Below are positions 28,297 to 38,164 of a stretch of 50,620 nucleotides of DNA, piece by piece. Each line of letters opens with the position of its first letter. Position 1 is the stretch's first letter. Below the pieces are notes generated by a model. That model saw nothing but the letters and a program-made list of their open reading frames with translations, ran no database searches and was not told the DNA's origin. Location of the stretch: positions 1 to 50,620 of the forward strand of contig JBDRCO010000096.1 in NCBI GenBank assembly GCA_043821645.1, written 5' to 3'. The DNA comes from Pseudomonadota bacterium. GTDB lineage: Bacteria > Myxococcota > JACRCW01 > JAFGSX01. The position numbers and the translations under genes are program-made.

Positions 28297-29507
28297 GGAA
28301 TCCACCACCCGCCGTGCTCGGCGTCGTTCTACTGGCCCTGAGCCCCGGCGCCCGGGCCGGCTACACTGAGACCCTGCCCGGTGGCGCGGCCATGCTCGAC
28401 GTTGGCTACGTGATGTCGTCGCTCGATCAGCGCTACGACGACACGGGCCAGCGCGTCGGCCTCATCGATAAGCTCGAGCGCTACGATCCGGGCGGCGGCT
28501 TGCAGGGCGTGCTCCTGGCCAGCGCCGACGTGAGCTACGAGATCTTTGCCCCGCAACTCAGGTTGGGTGTGTTCGACATGCTGACCCTGGCCGTGGCTGC
28601 CCCGGTGGTGCGACGGACCCGGGTGACGCCCCACCTGGGCTGGCAGAGTGGCGACTATCAGTGGACCCTGGGCCGGTCCTTCAGCGAAGAGGACTTCTGG
28701 CAGTGGGCCGCGAGCATGGGGCAACCCAGGCCTTCAGTGTGGGAGGGCAACTTCTACACCCTCGCCGATATCATCGTGGGTGGTCGCTATCGCTTCTCGG
28801 ACCACCTGCCATGGCTTGGCGAGCACGGGCTGCATTTCGCGCTGCAAGTGATGGGCGCGCTTCCCACGGGCACCCCCAAGGATCCCGAGGAACTTGTGGC
28901 CTCGGGCACGACCAGCTGGGAGCTCAACTTTCAGGGTCATCTGGGTGTGCACCTGTCGGTCGACAAGACCTTCGCACACAGCCTGGACGGCCGGCTCACC
29001 CTGGGTCTCGACGTGTTTCACGAGCTGTTCTTTGCCCAGCAGTACAACACGCCGCGCGGCACCAAGAACCCGCTCATCCTCACGGTGCAGCCCTACGCCG
29101 GCGACACCTATGTCGTCGATCCCGGAGACTTCACGGGCTTCGGGGCCAGCGTCGAGGTGGTGCCGGTCAAGGGCCCCACCTTTGCCACCTTCGTGTCGGG
29201 GCACTCGCTCGAGCGCGCGCGCGCGCTGCCACCCCTGCTGACCCTCGGCATGGAGTACACCTTCACCTTCATCGGGCAGTCGGACTGGCAGAGCGAGAGC
29301 GCTCTGTGGGATTACACCAACGAGAAGCAATGGAAACCAGGCACCAAGAACGCGCTGCGGGCGATCGCGGTGCTCAGCTTCCTGCGCCTGGGCACACCGC
29401 TGCAGGCCTACCTGAGCTACAAGACCCTGTCGCTCATTCCCGGACGCAATAGCCGCGCCACCGACGTCGTCACCGTGGGTTTGCGGGTGCCCTTCGTGGT
29501 GTGGTGA
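28293..29507 (+). CDS. Putative outer-membrane beta-barrel transporter
   Basis: ATGA overlap with the upstream gene; signal peptide ending ARA. LADIIVGGRYRF...ALPTG resembles Phenol_MetA_deg-type barrels. Ends VTVGLRVPFVVW. Confidence 0.6.
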   Translation: MRNPPPAVLGVVLLALSPGARAGYTETLPGGAAMLDVGYVMSSLDQRYDDTGQRVGLIDKLERYDPGGGLQGVLLASADVSYEIFAPQLRLGVFDMLTLAVAAPVVRRTRVTPHLGWQSGDYQWTLGRSFSEEDFWQWAASMGQPRPSVWEGNFYTLADIIVGGRYRFSDHLPWLGEHGLHFALQVMGALPTGTPKDPEELVASGTTSWELNFQGHLGVHLSVDKTFAHSLDGRLTLGLDVFHELFFAQQYNTPRGTKNPLILTVQPYAGDTYVVDPGDFTGFGASVEVVPVKGPTFATFVSGHSLERARALPPLLTLGMEYTFTFIGQSDWQSESALWDYTNEKQWKPGTKNALRAIAVLSFLRLGTPLQAYLSYKTLSLIPGRNSRATDVVTVGLRVPFVVW

Positions 29508-29625
29508 TCGTGCGTTGAACCTCTCACCGGACCCTGCAGCGCTGTCTTCTCCACACCAAGCACCCTCTCGGTGGCAGGGACCGGGAGTGGTGACCTCCTG
29601 ACGTGAGCCAAGCGGACAGGTTGAT

Positions 29626-29645
29626 CACGGACGGACCGGTACGTG
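29626..29645. promoter_or_regulatory. Imperfect palindrome, possible TetR/NemR-type operator
   Basis: CACGGACGGACCGGTACGTG lies upstream of the alkene reductase; 14 of 20 positions are symmetric. Confidence 0.3.
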
Positions 29646-29706
29646 CGAGCGACCCCTGTTTTCGCTACATGCCCCGCCTGCATCGCGTCTCACCGAGGAG
29701 GATCTC

Positions 29707-30789
29707 ATGTCGACTGAAAAGCTCTTTTCCTCAACACAGCTTGGCCGGCTGACACTGTCGAACCGCACGGTGATGGCCCCCATGACCCGCAGCCGCGCCG
29801 ACGGCAACACCCCCAACGCTTTGATGGCCGAGTACTATGCGCAGCGCGCCAGGGCCGGGCTCCTCATCACCGAGGGGACCTCGCCCTCACCCAACGGTCT
29901 GGGCTACGCCCGCATCCCGGGCATCTACTCCGAGGAGCAGGTCGCGTGTTGGAAGCTTGTCACCGAGGCCGTGCACAGGCAGGGCGGACATATCTTCGTG
30001 CAGTTCATGCACACGGGAAGGGTGGGTCACCCGCTCAACCTGCCCCAGGGCGGCGAGCTGATCGCGCCCAGCGCGGTGGCAACACCAGGCCAGATCTTCA
30101 CCGACCAGCAGGGACAGCAGCCATACCCAGAGCCCCGGGCCATGACCGAGAGCGATCTGGCCAGCACCCGCGACGAGTTCGTCCACGCGGCTCGCAACGC
30201 CATGGCGGCCGGCTTTGACGGTGTCGAATTGCACGCGGCCAACGGCTACCTGCTCGAGCAGTTCATCAGCCCGCTCACCAACCAGCGCAGCGACGGCCAC
30301 GGTGGCTCCATCGAGAAACGTCTCCGCTTCGTCCTCGAAGTGACCCAGGCTGTGAGCGAGGCCGTAGGCGGCGACAGGGTGGGCATCCGCCTCTCCCCCC
30401 ACGGCGCCAATGCCGGCATGGGTGAGTACCCCGAGATCGACGAGACCTACCACAAGCTCGTGCAGGAACTGGTGGCGACGGGTATCCAGTACATCCACGT
30501 GGTCGATCACTCTGGCATGGGCGCGCCCACGGTGCCACAGGAGCTCAAGCGGGATCTGCGCCAGACCTGGCCACGCACCTACATCGCCAGTGGTGGAATG
30601 GATCGTGAGAAGGCACAGGCTCTTCTCGACGACAACGCGGCCGATCTGGTGGCCTTTGGCCGCCCCTTTCTGGCCAACCCGGATCTGGTGGCGCGCCTGC
30701 AAACGAACCAGACGCTCAACACGCCCGACTTCAAGACCTTCTACACGCCTGGGCCCGCGGGCTACACGGACTACCCACTGGCCCCCTGA
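29707..30789 (+). CDS. nemA: Alkene reductase (old yellow enzyme, NemA-like)
   Basis: NRTVMAPMTRSRA, AGFDGVELHAANGYLLEQF, GIRLSP, FGRPFLANPDLV, FY..GPAGYTDYP. Confidence 0.93.
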   Translation: MSTEKLFSSTQLGRLTLSNRTVMAPMTRSRADGNTPNALMAEYYAQRARAGLLITEGTSPSPNGLGYARIPGIYSEEQVACWKLVTEAVHRQGGHIFVQFMHTGRVGHPLNLPQGGELIAPSAVATPGQIFTDQQGQQPYPEPRAMTESDLASTRDEFVHAARNAMAAGFDGVELHAANGYLLEQFISPLTNQRSDGHGGSIEKRLRFVLEVTQAVSEAVGGDRVGIRLSPHGANAGMGEYPEIDETYHKLVQELVATGIQYIHVVDHSGMGAPTVPQELKRDLRQTWPRTYIASGGMDREKAQALLDDNAADLVAFGRPFLANPDLVARLQTNQTLNTPDFKTFYTPGPAGYTDYPLAP

Positions 30790-30914
30790 GGCTCGGGAGC
30801 CCCCTACTCGGCGACACCGACGACGGAGAGGGGTCGACGGCACTGAAGCTCCACTGCGTGAAGGCGGCGGGTCTCCTGGTCGAATTCATGAAGCTCGGGC
30901 AGGTGCGTCGCGCC

Positions 30915-31580
30915 TCAGCTGTTCCCATCGAGCAGCAGATGCCGCCGACAGGTGACCACCACCTTCCGGCCGTCGAGGTGACGCAGCAGCGATAGCACCA
31001 CGAAGTGCAGCGGCTGCCCACCGAGGCTTCCCACCCATGCGGGTGTGCGCCGGTCCGAGCGATCCTTCTCGTCGTCCTTGCGCACACTCCAGGCCTCACC
31101 CGGCTGGGCCAGGAGTTCCAGCCAGTCCTTGGATATCTTCTTGAGCTGCTTGTCGTCCTTGGGAAACACCGTACCGTCGCCGACGAGGATCGCGGTCATC
31201 GGCTGCTGCGCATCGAGAGGATATGGAGACAGCACGCGTGCCGGATCCGCCCCGTGTTCGTGGAGACGACACAGGCCCCGGAGCAGGCTCTTCATCGCGG
31301 GCTTGCGACCCACGAAGGGCTCAAGCAGAAGCTCCGCCGCCACCGCCCTCCCCTTGCTGCTGACTCCGAGGAGATCGCTGCGGTCGCCACCGTCGCCGAC
31401 CCAGGTCACCGGGTCGTCCTCCTCGGCCAGCAACAGCGGTGGCGCGGCACTGATCCAGGGCCAGCCTGCGACCAGCGCTTGCAGGTCCTCCTCGTGAGCA
31501 AAGGGCAACGCTGGCTCGGTCGGCGCCCGACGACGGGTGGAGATCTTTCCAGCACGTAGCTCGAAGCAGTGTTCGGACAT
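30915..31580 (-). CDS. Hypothetical protein with a degenerate PD-(D/E)xK (NucS C-terminal-like) motif; possibly truncated
   Basis: GAGGAGGA RBS precedes ATG 31580, 10 bp downstream of mscS. HEEDLQALV..P...RSDLLGVSSKGRAVAAELL. Confidence 0.55.
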   Translation of the reverse strand: MSEHCFELRAGKISTRRRAPTEPALPFAHEEDLQALVAGWPWISAAPPLLLAEEDDPVTWVGDGGDRSDLLGVSSKGRAVAAELLLEPFVGRKPAMKSLLRGLCRLHEHGADPARVLSPYPLDAQQPMTAILVGDGTVFPKDDKQLKKISKDWLELLAQPGEAWSVRKDDEKDRSDRRTPAWVGSLGGQPLHFVVLSLLRHLDGRKVVVTCRRHLLLDGNS

Positions 31581-31590
31581 CGGGTCCTCC

Positions 31591-32496
31591 TCAGATCGCA
31601 GCTTCCGAGGGCGGGGTTGCGGGGCCACGACCGGCAAGTAAAGCCTGCTCCACAGCGGGATCCAGGTGAAGGTCGAGCTGCGGGAATGCGATGATGACGG
31701 CGGCATCCTTGAGCGCCCACCACACGGCCTCGTTGAGCTTCGACAGAAGCTGCGGCGCCTTCCACGGATCATCCACCCAGACCGAGATCTCGAAGTCGAC
31801 ACTGGAGCTGCCAAAGCCCACGAGCAGCACGCGCGGTTCCCTGTCGACCAGGCGCCAGTCCAGCGCCTTGGACGCGTCGCGCAGCACCTGCATGGTGAGG
31901 CGCAGGTCGGCACTGTAGACCACTCCCACCAGGCAGCGCAGGCGATAGATCGAATCTCGGCTGGTGAAGTTCTTGACGGTCGTCTGGACCAGCATCGAGT
32001 TGGGCACGATCAGCTCGACCTCGTCGCGCGAGCGCACCAGCGTCGAGCGAATGCCCATGTGGATGATACGTACCACCTGACCATCGACCTCGATGATGTC
32101 GCCTGGCTTGATCAGGCGCTCGATCAGGAGAATCAGACCCGAGACGAAGTTCTGCGCGATGTTCTGCATCGCGAAGCCGAGACCGATGGCAAAGATGGCA
32201 CCAGCGGCAAACAGGGTCGCCAGCTTGATCCCCAGCATGTCCAGCGCCACACCGGCGCCGATCACCATCACCGTGTAGTGCAGCAGGCGCTGCACGCCGA
32301 TCACCGTGCCTTCGCGCACCAGTCCTCGCCGGGCGAGACCCTGCGCCGCGACCTTTTGCAGGAGCACCGACAGCAGTCGCGCCAGCACCAGCACTAGCAC
32401 GGCAACGCCGAGAGTCGACACCGTCACCGTCGTGCCAGCCAGCTCGAACAGCTTGTAGTTCAGCACCCGTCCAACCACCACCAGAACGTCCTTCAT
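31591..32496 (-). CDS. mscS: Small-conductance mechanosensitive channel
   Basis: GLGFAMQNIAQNFVSGLILL.ER.IKPGD.IE, IRST, IVPNS, FGSSSVDF, IAFPQLDLH. Confidence 0.92.
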   Translation of the reverse strand: MKDVLVVVGRVLNYKLFELAGTTVTVSTLGVAVLVLVLARLLSVLLQKVAAQGLARRGLVREGTVIGVQRLLHYTVMVIGAGVALDMLGIKLATLFAAGAIFAIGLGFAMQNIAQNFVSGLILLIERLIKPGDIIEVDGQVVRIIHMGIRSTLVRSRDEVELIVPNSMLVQTTVKNFTSRDSIYRLRCLVGVVYSADLRLTMQVLRDASKALDWRLVDREPRVLLVGFGSSSVDFEISVWVDDPWKAPQLLSKLNEAVWWALKDAAVIIAFPQLDLHLDPAVEQALLAGRGPATPPSEAAI

Positions 32497-32634
32497 GACT
32501 GACACCTTTCGCCTCGGACACGATCATCCTAGCTCGACTCCAGCGTGGCTCCGCGAACCCTTTTTGTGGGCCCCGGCTCGCACGATCAACGGACGGTCAC
32601 GATCCTGCGAGACGGGACACCCGGAGTCGTCATC

Positions 32635-33171
32635 ATGAGCAAGAAAAAGAGTCGTGATCAGGGCAACCGATTCAAGGTCAAGCGCGCGGCGTCGGCCCCG
32701 CTGAGCAAGGTTCGCGACCTGATCAACAAGACACAGTTCGAGCAGCAGGTCCTCGACTCCGAGAACCCCTCCATCATCGACTTCTGGGCCGACTGGTGCG
32801 TGCCCTGCAAGATGACGGCCCCCGCCTTCGCCGCCGCCGCAGAGCGCTATGGCGACAAGGTGAACTTCTGCAAGGTCAACACCGAAAAGAATCGTACCGT
32901 GGCGGAGTCGTTTCGAATCCGCAGCATCCCCACCATGATTCTCATGCACCACGGCGAGGTCGTGGACATTCACATCGGCGCTGCCAACCAGTCCGCCATC
33001 GAGCGCATGGCGCTCAAGCTCATCGCCCTTGCCGAGAAAGCTACGCGTCCCGAGCATGACGCGGTTGACGGTGAGGTCGCGACGGGTTTCGTGGACAAGG
33101 TGAGAGGCTGGTTCGGGCGGGATCGCCGTCCACAGCAGAGCACCGTGGCCGACGGTGGTGCCCCGACCTGA
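32635..33171 (+). CDS. Thioredoxin with N- and C-terminal extensions
   Basis: IDFWADWCVPCK, KVN, IRSIPT (cis-Pro). Confidence 0.88.
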   Translation: MSKKKSRDQGNRFKVKRAASAPLSKVRDLINKTQFEQQVLDSENPSIIDFWADWCVPCKMTAPAFAAAAERYGDKVNFCKVNTEKNRTVAESFRIRSIPTMILMHHGEVVDIHIGAANQSAIERMALKLIALAEKATRPEHDAVDGEVATGFVDKVRGWFGRDRRPQQSTVADGGAPT

Positions 33172-33216
33172 AGTCCGTTCTGCTCCCTGCTTCCATCACG
33201 GGCTCGGCCTGATGAC

Positions 33217-34260
33217 CTAGCTGCCAGCGGCGGTCCTGGTCTTGCGACGTCGAGCCGGAGGCGCACCCGTGCCGAGCTCGCGTCGGGCATGGGCCACCGC
33301 GCCCAGAGCCACAGCGTCATCACCGAGCTGTGAACGCACGATGTGCACACCCGCAAAAGCTTCGGCAGGGAAGGTCGCAACCCTGGCCGAGGCGCGCACC
33401 TTGGCCAGGTAGGAGTCGCCCAGGGCCTCGACCACACCCCCACCGACGACAATATGGTCGGGACCGAGCAGCGCGATCAGGCTGGCCACGCCCACCCCCA
33501 GGTACCAGGCCGCCTCGTCCACGGCGATCCGCATGGCCGCATCACCTGCACGATAGGCGCGGGCAATGACGCTGCTGTTCAGGCTCGAGAGTTCGTCGGG
33601 ATCCAGGTCGTCGAGCAGAGGTGTGGGTTCCGGGGAGATCTGCAACTCGCGCAGACGACCCGCGATCCCGGCCTTGGATGCATAGGCTTCGAGGCACCCC
33701 ACCCGGCCGCAGCCGCAACGCCGCCCATGGGCCTCCACCACCATGTGTCCGACCTCCGCCGCCATGCGGTTGTGGCCGCGCATCATCTCGTGCCTGTCGA
33801 TCACGCCACCACCCAGTCCCGTACCCACGAACAGACCCACCAGCGTCGTGGCGCCACGACCCGCACCGAACTCGTACTCCCCGAGGGTGCCCAGGTTGCA
33901 GTCGTTCTCGACGCACACCGGCTGGTGCCAGCGCGCGCGCAGGATCCTCGCCAGGGGGAGCTTGCGCCATCCCATGTTGGGAGCGTTGACCACGGTGCCG
34001 TCTGCCGCCACCGGGCTGGGTGCTCCGAGACCTACCCCTGCCAGCGCTGGCCTGGAGACCGACGCGAGATCGCAGGCCTCGTCCAGGCAGCGCTCGACAC
34101 GCTCGAGCACTGCGTCGACGCCGCGCTCGGACCGTGTCTTCTTGCGGGCGCGCCCGAGGATCTGGCCCTGGCCGTCGGCCACCACGATGTGGATCTTGGT
34201 TGCGCCGATATCGATCCCGGCCCATAGCCTGGGCCGACCGGTCGCGCTCGCCGTCGTCAT
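33217..34260 (-). CDS. ROK family sugar kinase (glucokinase-like)
   Basis: GIDIGATK, ENDCN, GTGLGGG, EVGHM, CGCGRVGCLE. Confidence 0.9.
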   Translation of the reverse strand: MTTASATGRPRLWAGIDIGATKIHIVVADGQGQILGRARKKTRSERGVDAVLERVERCLDEACDLASVSRPALAGVGLGAPSPVAADGTVVNAPNMGWRKLPLARILRARWHQPVCVENDCNLGTLGEYEFGAGRGATTLVGLFVGTGLGGGVIDRHEMMRGHNRMAAEVGHMVVEAHGRRCGCGRVGCLEAYASKAGIAGRLRELQISPEPTPLLDDLDPDELSSLNSSVIARAYRAGDAAMRIAVDEAAWYLGVGVASLIALLGPDHIVVGGGVVEALGDSYLAKVRASARVATFPAEAFAGVHIVRSQLGDDAVALGAVAHARRELGTGAPPARRRKTRTAAGS

Positions 34261-34417
34261 ACCTGCCTCATCGCGGGTGGCGCTCGCCGCCCCGGTCGGC
34301 CGCGAACGCAGGTCGGAGGACCGTCGCGATTGACCTGTGCGCCCTGGCCCGCTCTGCTATGTTTCTTATCGCCTGCACGCCGTCGCCCATCGTGGAGGGC
34401 CTCCTCGAGAAACTACG

Positions 34418-36025
34418 ATGCTACCAGAGCTCACACTACCCGGCCAAGCGCTCATGCCCCGTCCTCAGACGTCCTCCACGTCGACGGTGGCAGCCATAGA
34501 CATTGGATCCAGCTCGGTGCGCATGCACATTGCCCAGCTGCTCGCCGACGGCCAGGTCGAGGTCCTGGAACGCCTGGAACGATCCCTGCGACTGGGTCAG
34601 GACACCTTCCGCCGGGGCCGCTTGGAGTCCGCCACTATGCGGGCAGCCGTGGCCATCCTTCGCGACTACCGGCGCTTGCTCGATTTTTACCAGGTCGAGC
34701 GCGTGCGTACGGTGGCGACCAGCGCGGTGCGCGAAGCCAGCAACAGCGACACACTGCTCGATCGCGTCTATGTCGCGACCGGACTGGACATCGAAGTCAT
34801 CAGCACCTCCGAGGAGAGCCGGCTGCTGGTGTCCGCGGTCCGCGAGCGACACCTCGAAGCCCTTCGCAAGGAACGCCGCCACACCCTCATCGCCGACGTC
34901 GGGGGTGGCAGTACCTTACTCACCCTGCTCAAGGGGGATCAGATCGTCGCCTCGGTGAGCTTGCCGCTGGGCTCGATTCGCATCCTCGAGAGCACCGCGG
35001 TCGACGCGGGAGCCTTGGCGCGCACCTTCGAGGTGGTCCGCGCCCAGGTCGCCAACATCATCGCCGCCAACGAGGTATCGTTACCCTTGCCTCTGGTTCG
35101 CACCATCATTGCGGTGGGGCGGGACTCCCGCCATGCGGCGGAGCACGCGCGAAAGGCCACTTCCATCCACGGCTTGACGCCGCTCTCCGCGGCGGATTTC
35201 AGCCGCTTCATGCAGCGCTGCGAGGATTCGACGGTTCAGGAGCTGTCCGTGGCGCTTGGCATCTCCCTGGCCGATGCCCAGACCCTGTCACCGGCACTGC
35301 TGGTGTATGAGGGTCTGCTTCAGGCCTCGTCGTCACAACGGGTGCTGGTCTCCGATGCCTCCATGCTGGACGGTCTGCTTCGTGATCTGACGCGAAACAC
35401 AAGTGTCGTCGAGGAAGCAGCCCTGGCTCAGGACGTGGTGCGCTCCGCCGAGTCCCTGGCAGAGAAGTACCACGTCGACATCGATCATACGCGCGCGGTA
35501 TCCGAATTCTCGGCCCAGCTCTTTGATTCGCTCCAGACCGAGCATGGCCTGCCGCGCCGCGCGCGGCTGCTGCTCCAGGTTGCCGGCATCCTGCATGACG
35601 TGGGTGTGTTCATCGATAGCCGCGCGCACCACAAGCACAGCTACTACATCATCACCAACTCCGAGGTATTCGGGCTGACCCGCGACGAGCTACAGACGGT
35701 GGCCCTGGTGTCTCGCTACCATCGCAGGAGTCCACCCAAGGCCTCCCACGTCGAATTCATCAACCTGCCGCGCGAAAAACGAGTGGTCGTGAGCAAGCTG
35801 GCCGCGCTGCTCCGTGTGGCAGACGCGCTGGACCGCTCCCACGGGCAACGGATTCGCGAGGTCGAGTTCAGCCGGGAAGGTGAGGACCTGATCATCCGCG
35901 CGCACGGTGTCTCGGACCTGTCCATCGAGCGTCTCGCGATGGAGGCCAAGAGCAACATGTTCATGGACGTCTTCGGGATGGGAGTTCGTCTCGAGGAAGC
36001 CAGCCTGGCAACGCCAAGGCCCTAG
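34418..36025 (+). CDS. ppx: Exopolyphosphatase Ppx/GppA with HD domain (start may be 34454)
   Basis: AIDIGSSSVRM, VATSAVREASN, DVGGGST, LHDVG, HHKHSYYII. Confidence 0.92.
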   Translation: MLPELTLPGQALMPRPQTSSTSTVAAIDIGSSSVRMHIAQLLADGQVEVLERLERSLRLGQDTFRRGRLESATMRAAVAILRDYRRLLDFYQVERVRTVATSAVREASNSDTLLDRVYVATGLDIEVISTSEESRLLVSAVRERHLEALRKERRHTLIADVGGGSTLLTLLKGDQIVASVSLPLGSIRILESTAVDAGALARTFEVVRAQVANIIAANEVSLPLPLVRTIIAVGRDSRHAAEHARKATSIHGLTPLSAADFSRFMQRCEDSTVQELSVALGISLADAQTLSPALLVYEGLLQASSSQRVLVSDASMLDGLLRDLTRNTSVVEEAALAQDVVRSAESLAEKYHVDIDHTRAVSEFSAQLFDSLQTEHGLPRRARLLLQVAGILHDVGVFIDSRAHHKHSYYIITNSEVFGLTRDELQTVALVSRYHRRSPPKASHVEFINLPREKRVVVSKLAALLRVADALDRSHGQRIREVEFSREGEDLIIRAHGVSDLSIERLAMEAKSNMFMDVFGMGVRLEEASLATPRP

Positions 36026-36043
36026 ACTGCAGGAGGATTCGCG

Positions 36044-38164
36044 GTGGCGCGAAAGGCTCTTCATCAACCCGAGCTCTTCATCAACCGGGAACTCAGCTGG
36101 CTCGAGTTCAACCAGCGTGTGCTCGACGAGGGCATGAATCCGCATGTGCCCCTGCTCGAGCGGCTCAAGTTTCTTGCCATCGTCAGCTCCAACCTCGACG
36201 AGTTCTTCATGGTGCGCGTGGCGGGGCTGATGCAGCAGCGCTCGGCCGACGTCCACAAGCTGGACCCGAGCGGCTTGACACCACGACAACAACTCGAGCG
36301 CATCAGCGAGCGTGCCCACGCCATGGTGGCCCAGCAGCACAAGGGTGTGCGTGAAGTCACCCAGGACCTCACCGCACAGGGACTTCGGCTGCGCGACGTT
36401 TCCAGCCTGACGATGGAGCAATCACGCCGGTTGCGCGCCCAGTTCCTGGACGAGATCTTCCCCATCCTGACCCCGCTCGCCGTCGAGGAACTCACGCCGT
36501 GCCCCCTGCTCGCGGGTCTGCGTTTGCACGTAGCGCTGGTGCTCCGCAGCTCCGCCGAGGACGCTTCGCCCGAGGGGCGGCTGGTCGTGCTCCCAGTGCC
36601 CGGGCAGCTCTCGCGCTTCATCAGCGTCCCCTGCGACGACGGAACGGACCTGGTCCGCATCGAGGACCTGATCTGCACCTTCGCGCCCCTGGCCTTTCCC
36701 GATCAGGTCGTGATGGCTAGTGCGGTGTTCCGCATCACCCGGGACGCGGATGTCGAGGTTCAGGAAGACGAGGCCGCAGATCTCCTGCACGCCATCGAGC
36801 GCGCTGTGCTGGACCGGCGTCGCCGCGGCGCGGTGCGCCTTGAGATCTCCAGGGACGCTCCGCCGCGCATCCGGCGCTGGCTCGAGGAACAGCTACAGCA
36901 GCACAGCCAGGAGGTCTACGAGATCGACGGTGTCATCGACGCCGGGGGGCTGATGGAGGTTGCGCTGCGACCAGGCCATCCGGCACTGAGGGCACCGGAC
37001 TGGCCGCCGCAGCCCTTGCCCGAACTGGGTGGCGACGTCGATCCCTGGGAAGTGCTCCACGAGCGCGATCTGCTGCTGGTCCATCCCTATGACAGTTTCG
37101 ATGCCGTGGTCGAGCTGCTCGTCCGCGCAGCTGCGGACCCGACCGTGCTCGCCATCAAGCAGGTGCTTTACCGGACAAGTGGCGATTCCCCCGTGGTACA
37201 GGCCCTGGAACGGGCCGCGCGGGCGGGCAAACAGGTCACGGTGCTGGTCGAGCTCAAGGCGCGCTTCGACGAGGCGCGCAATGTGCAGTGGGCCCTGCGG
37301 CTGGAAGATGCAGGCTGCCACGTGGTGTACGGCATCGCGGGGCTCAAGACGCATGCCAAGGCCATGCTCATCGTGCGTCGCGACGGTGGACGCATCCGTC
37401 GCTACGTGCACCTGGCCACCGGCAACTACAACGACCGCACCGCCCGCTTGTACTCGGACGTCGGCCTGCTCACCTGCGACCCCGACGTGGTCGCCGATGT
37501 GGCCGCTTTTTTCAACCTGCTCACGGGCAGCTCCGAGCCCCTGGAGTGGAAGCACCTGGTGGTCGCTCCTCTGGGGCTGCGCCAGCGCTTCATCGACCTC
37601 ATCGAGCGCGAGATCGCCACCAGCACCCGAGATCAACCAGGACTCATCATCGCCAAGGTGAACTCATTGCAGGACCGCGACCTCTGTACCGCGCTGTATC
37701 GGGCCAGCCAGGCTGGCGTGCGTGTGCGCCTGAACGTGCGCGGGATCTGCTGTCTACGTCCTGGCCTGCCCGGCGTCTCGGAGACCATCGAGGTGCGCTC
37801 CATCGTCGACCGCTTTCTCGAACACGCCCGGGTGTTCTGGTTCCAGAACAGTGGCCACGACGAGGTGTACCTGAGCAGCGCCGACTGGATGAGCCGCAAC
37901 CTCGATCGCCGTCTTGAGCTACTGTTCCCGGTGATCGATCCTGTGCTGCGCCAGCGGCTGCGCGACGTGCTCGACATCTACTTCGCCGACAACGTATCGG
38001 CGCGCATCCTGCAGGCGGACGGGCGCTGGACACGGACTCCGCGCAAGGGTCCCACTGTGAGGGCCCAGGAGAAGCTCTACCAGCTTGCGGTCAAGCGCAC
38101 GGCCGAGACCACCCGGGCCCCCCTCTCCTTCAAACCCCTCACGGCGCCAGGAACGACCCGCTGA
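36044..38164 (+). CDS. ppk1: Polyphosphate kinase 1
   Basis: NRELSWLEFNQRVL, NLDEFFMVRVAG, HPYDSF, ELKARFDE, KTHAK, DRFLEHAR, SADWMSRNLDRR. Confidence 0.97.
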   Translation: MARKALHQPELFINRELSWLEFNQRVLDEGMNPHVPLLERLKFLAIVSSNLDEFFMVRVAGLMQQRSADVHKLDPSGLTPRQQLERISERAHAMVAQQHKGVREVTQDLTAQGLRLRDVSSLTMEQSRRLRAQFLDEIFPILTPLAVEELTPCPLLAGLRLHVALVLRSSAEDASPEGRLVVLPVPGQLSRFISVPCDDGTDLVRIEDLICTFAPLAFPDQVVMASAVFRITRDADVEVQEDEAADLLHAIERAVLDRRRRGAVRLEISRDAPPRIRRWLEEQLQQHSQEVYEIDGVIDAGGLMEVALRPGHPALRAPDWPPQPLPELGGDVDPWEVLHERDLLLVHPYDSFDAVVELLVRAAADPTVLAIKQVLYRTSGDSPVVQALERAARAGKQVTVLVELKARFDEARNVQWALRLEDAGCHVVYGIAGLKTHAKAMLIVRRDGGRIRRYVHLATGNYNDRTARLYSDVGLLTCDPDVVADVAAFFNLLTGSSEPLEWKHLVVAPLGLRQRFIDLIEREIATSTRDQPGLIIAKVNSLQDRDLCTALYRASQAGVRVRLNVRGICCLRPGLPGVSETIEVRSIVDRFLEHARVFWFQNSGHDEVYLSSADWMSRNLDRRLELLFPVIDPVLRQRLRDVLDIYFADNVSARILQADGRWTRTPRKGPTVRAQEKLYQLAVKRTAETTRAPLSFKPLTAPGTTR

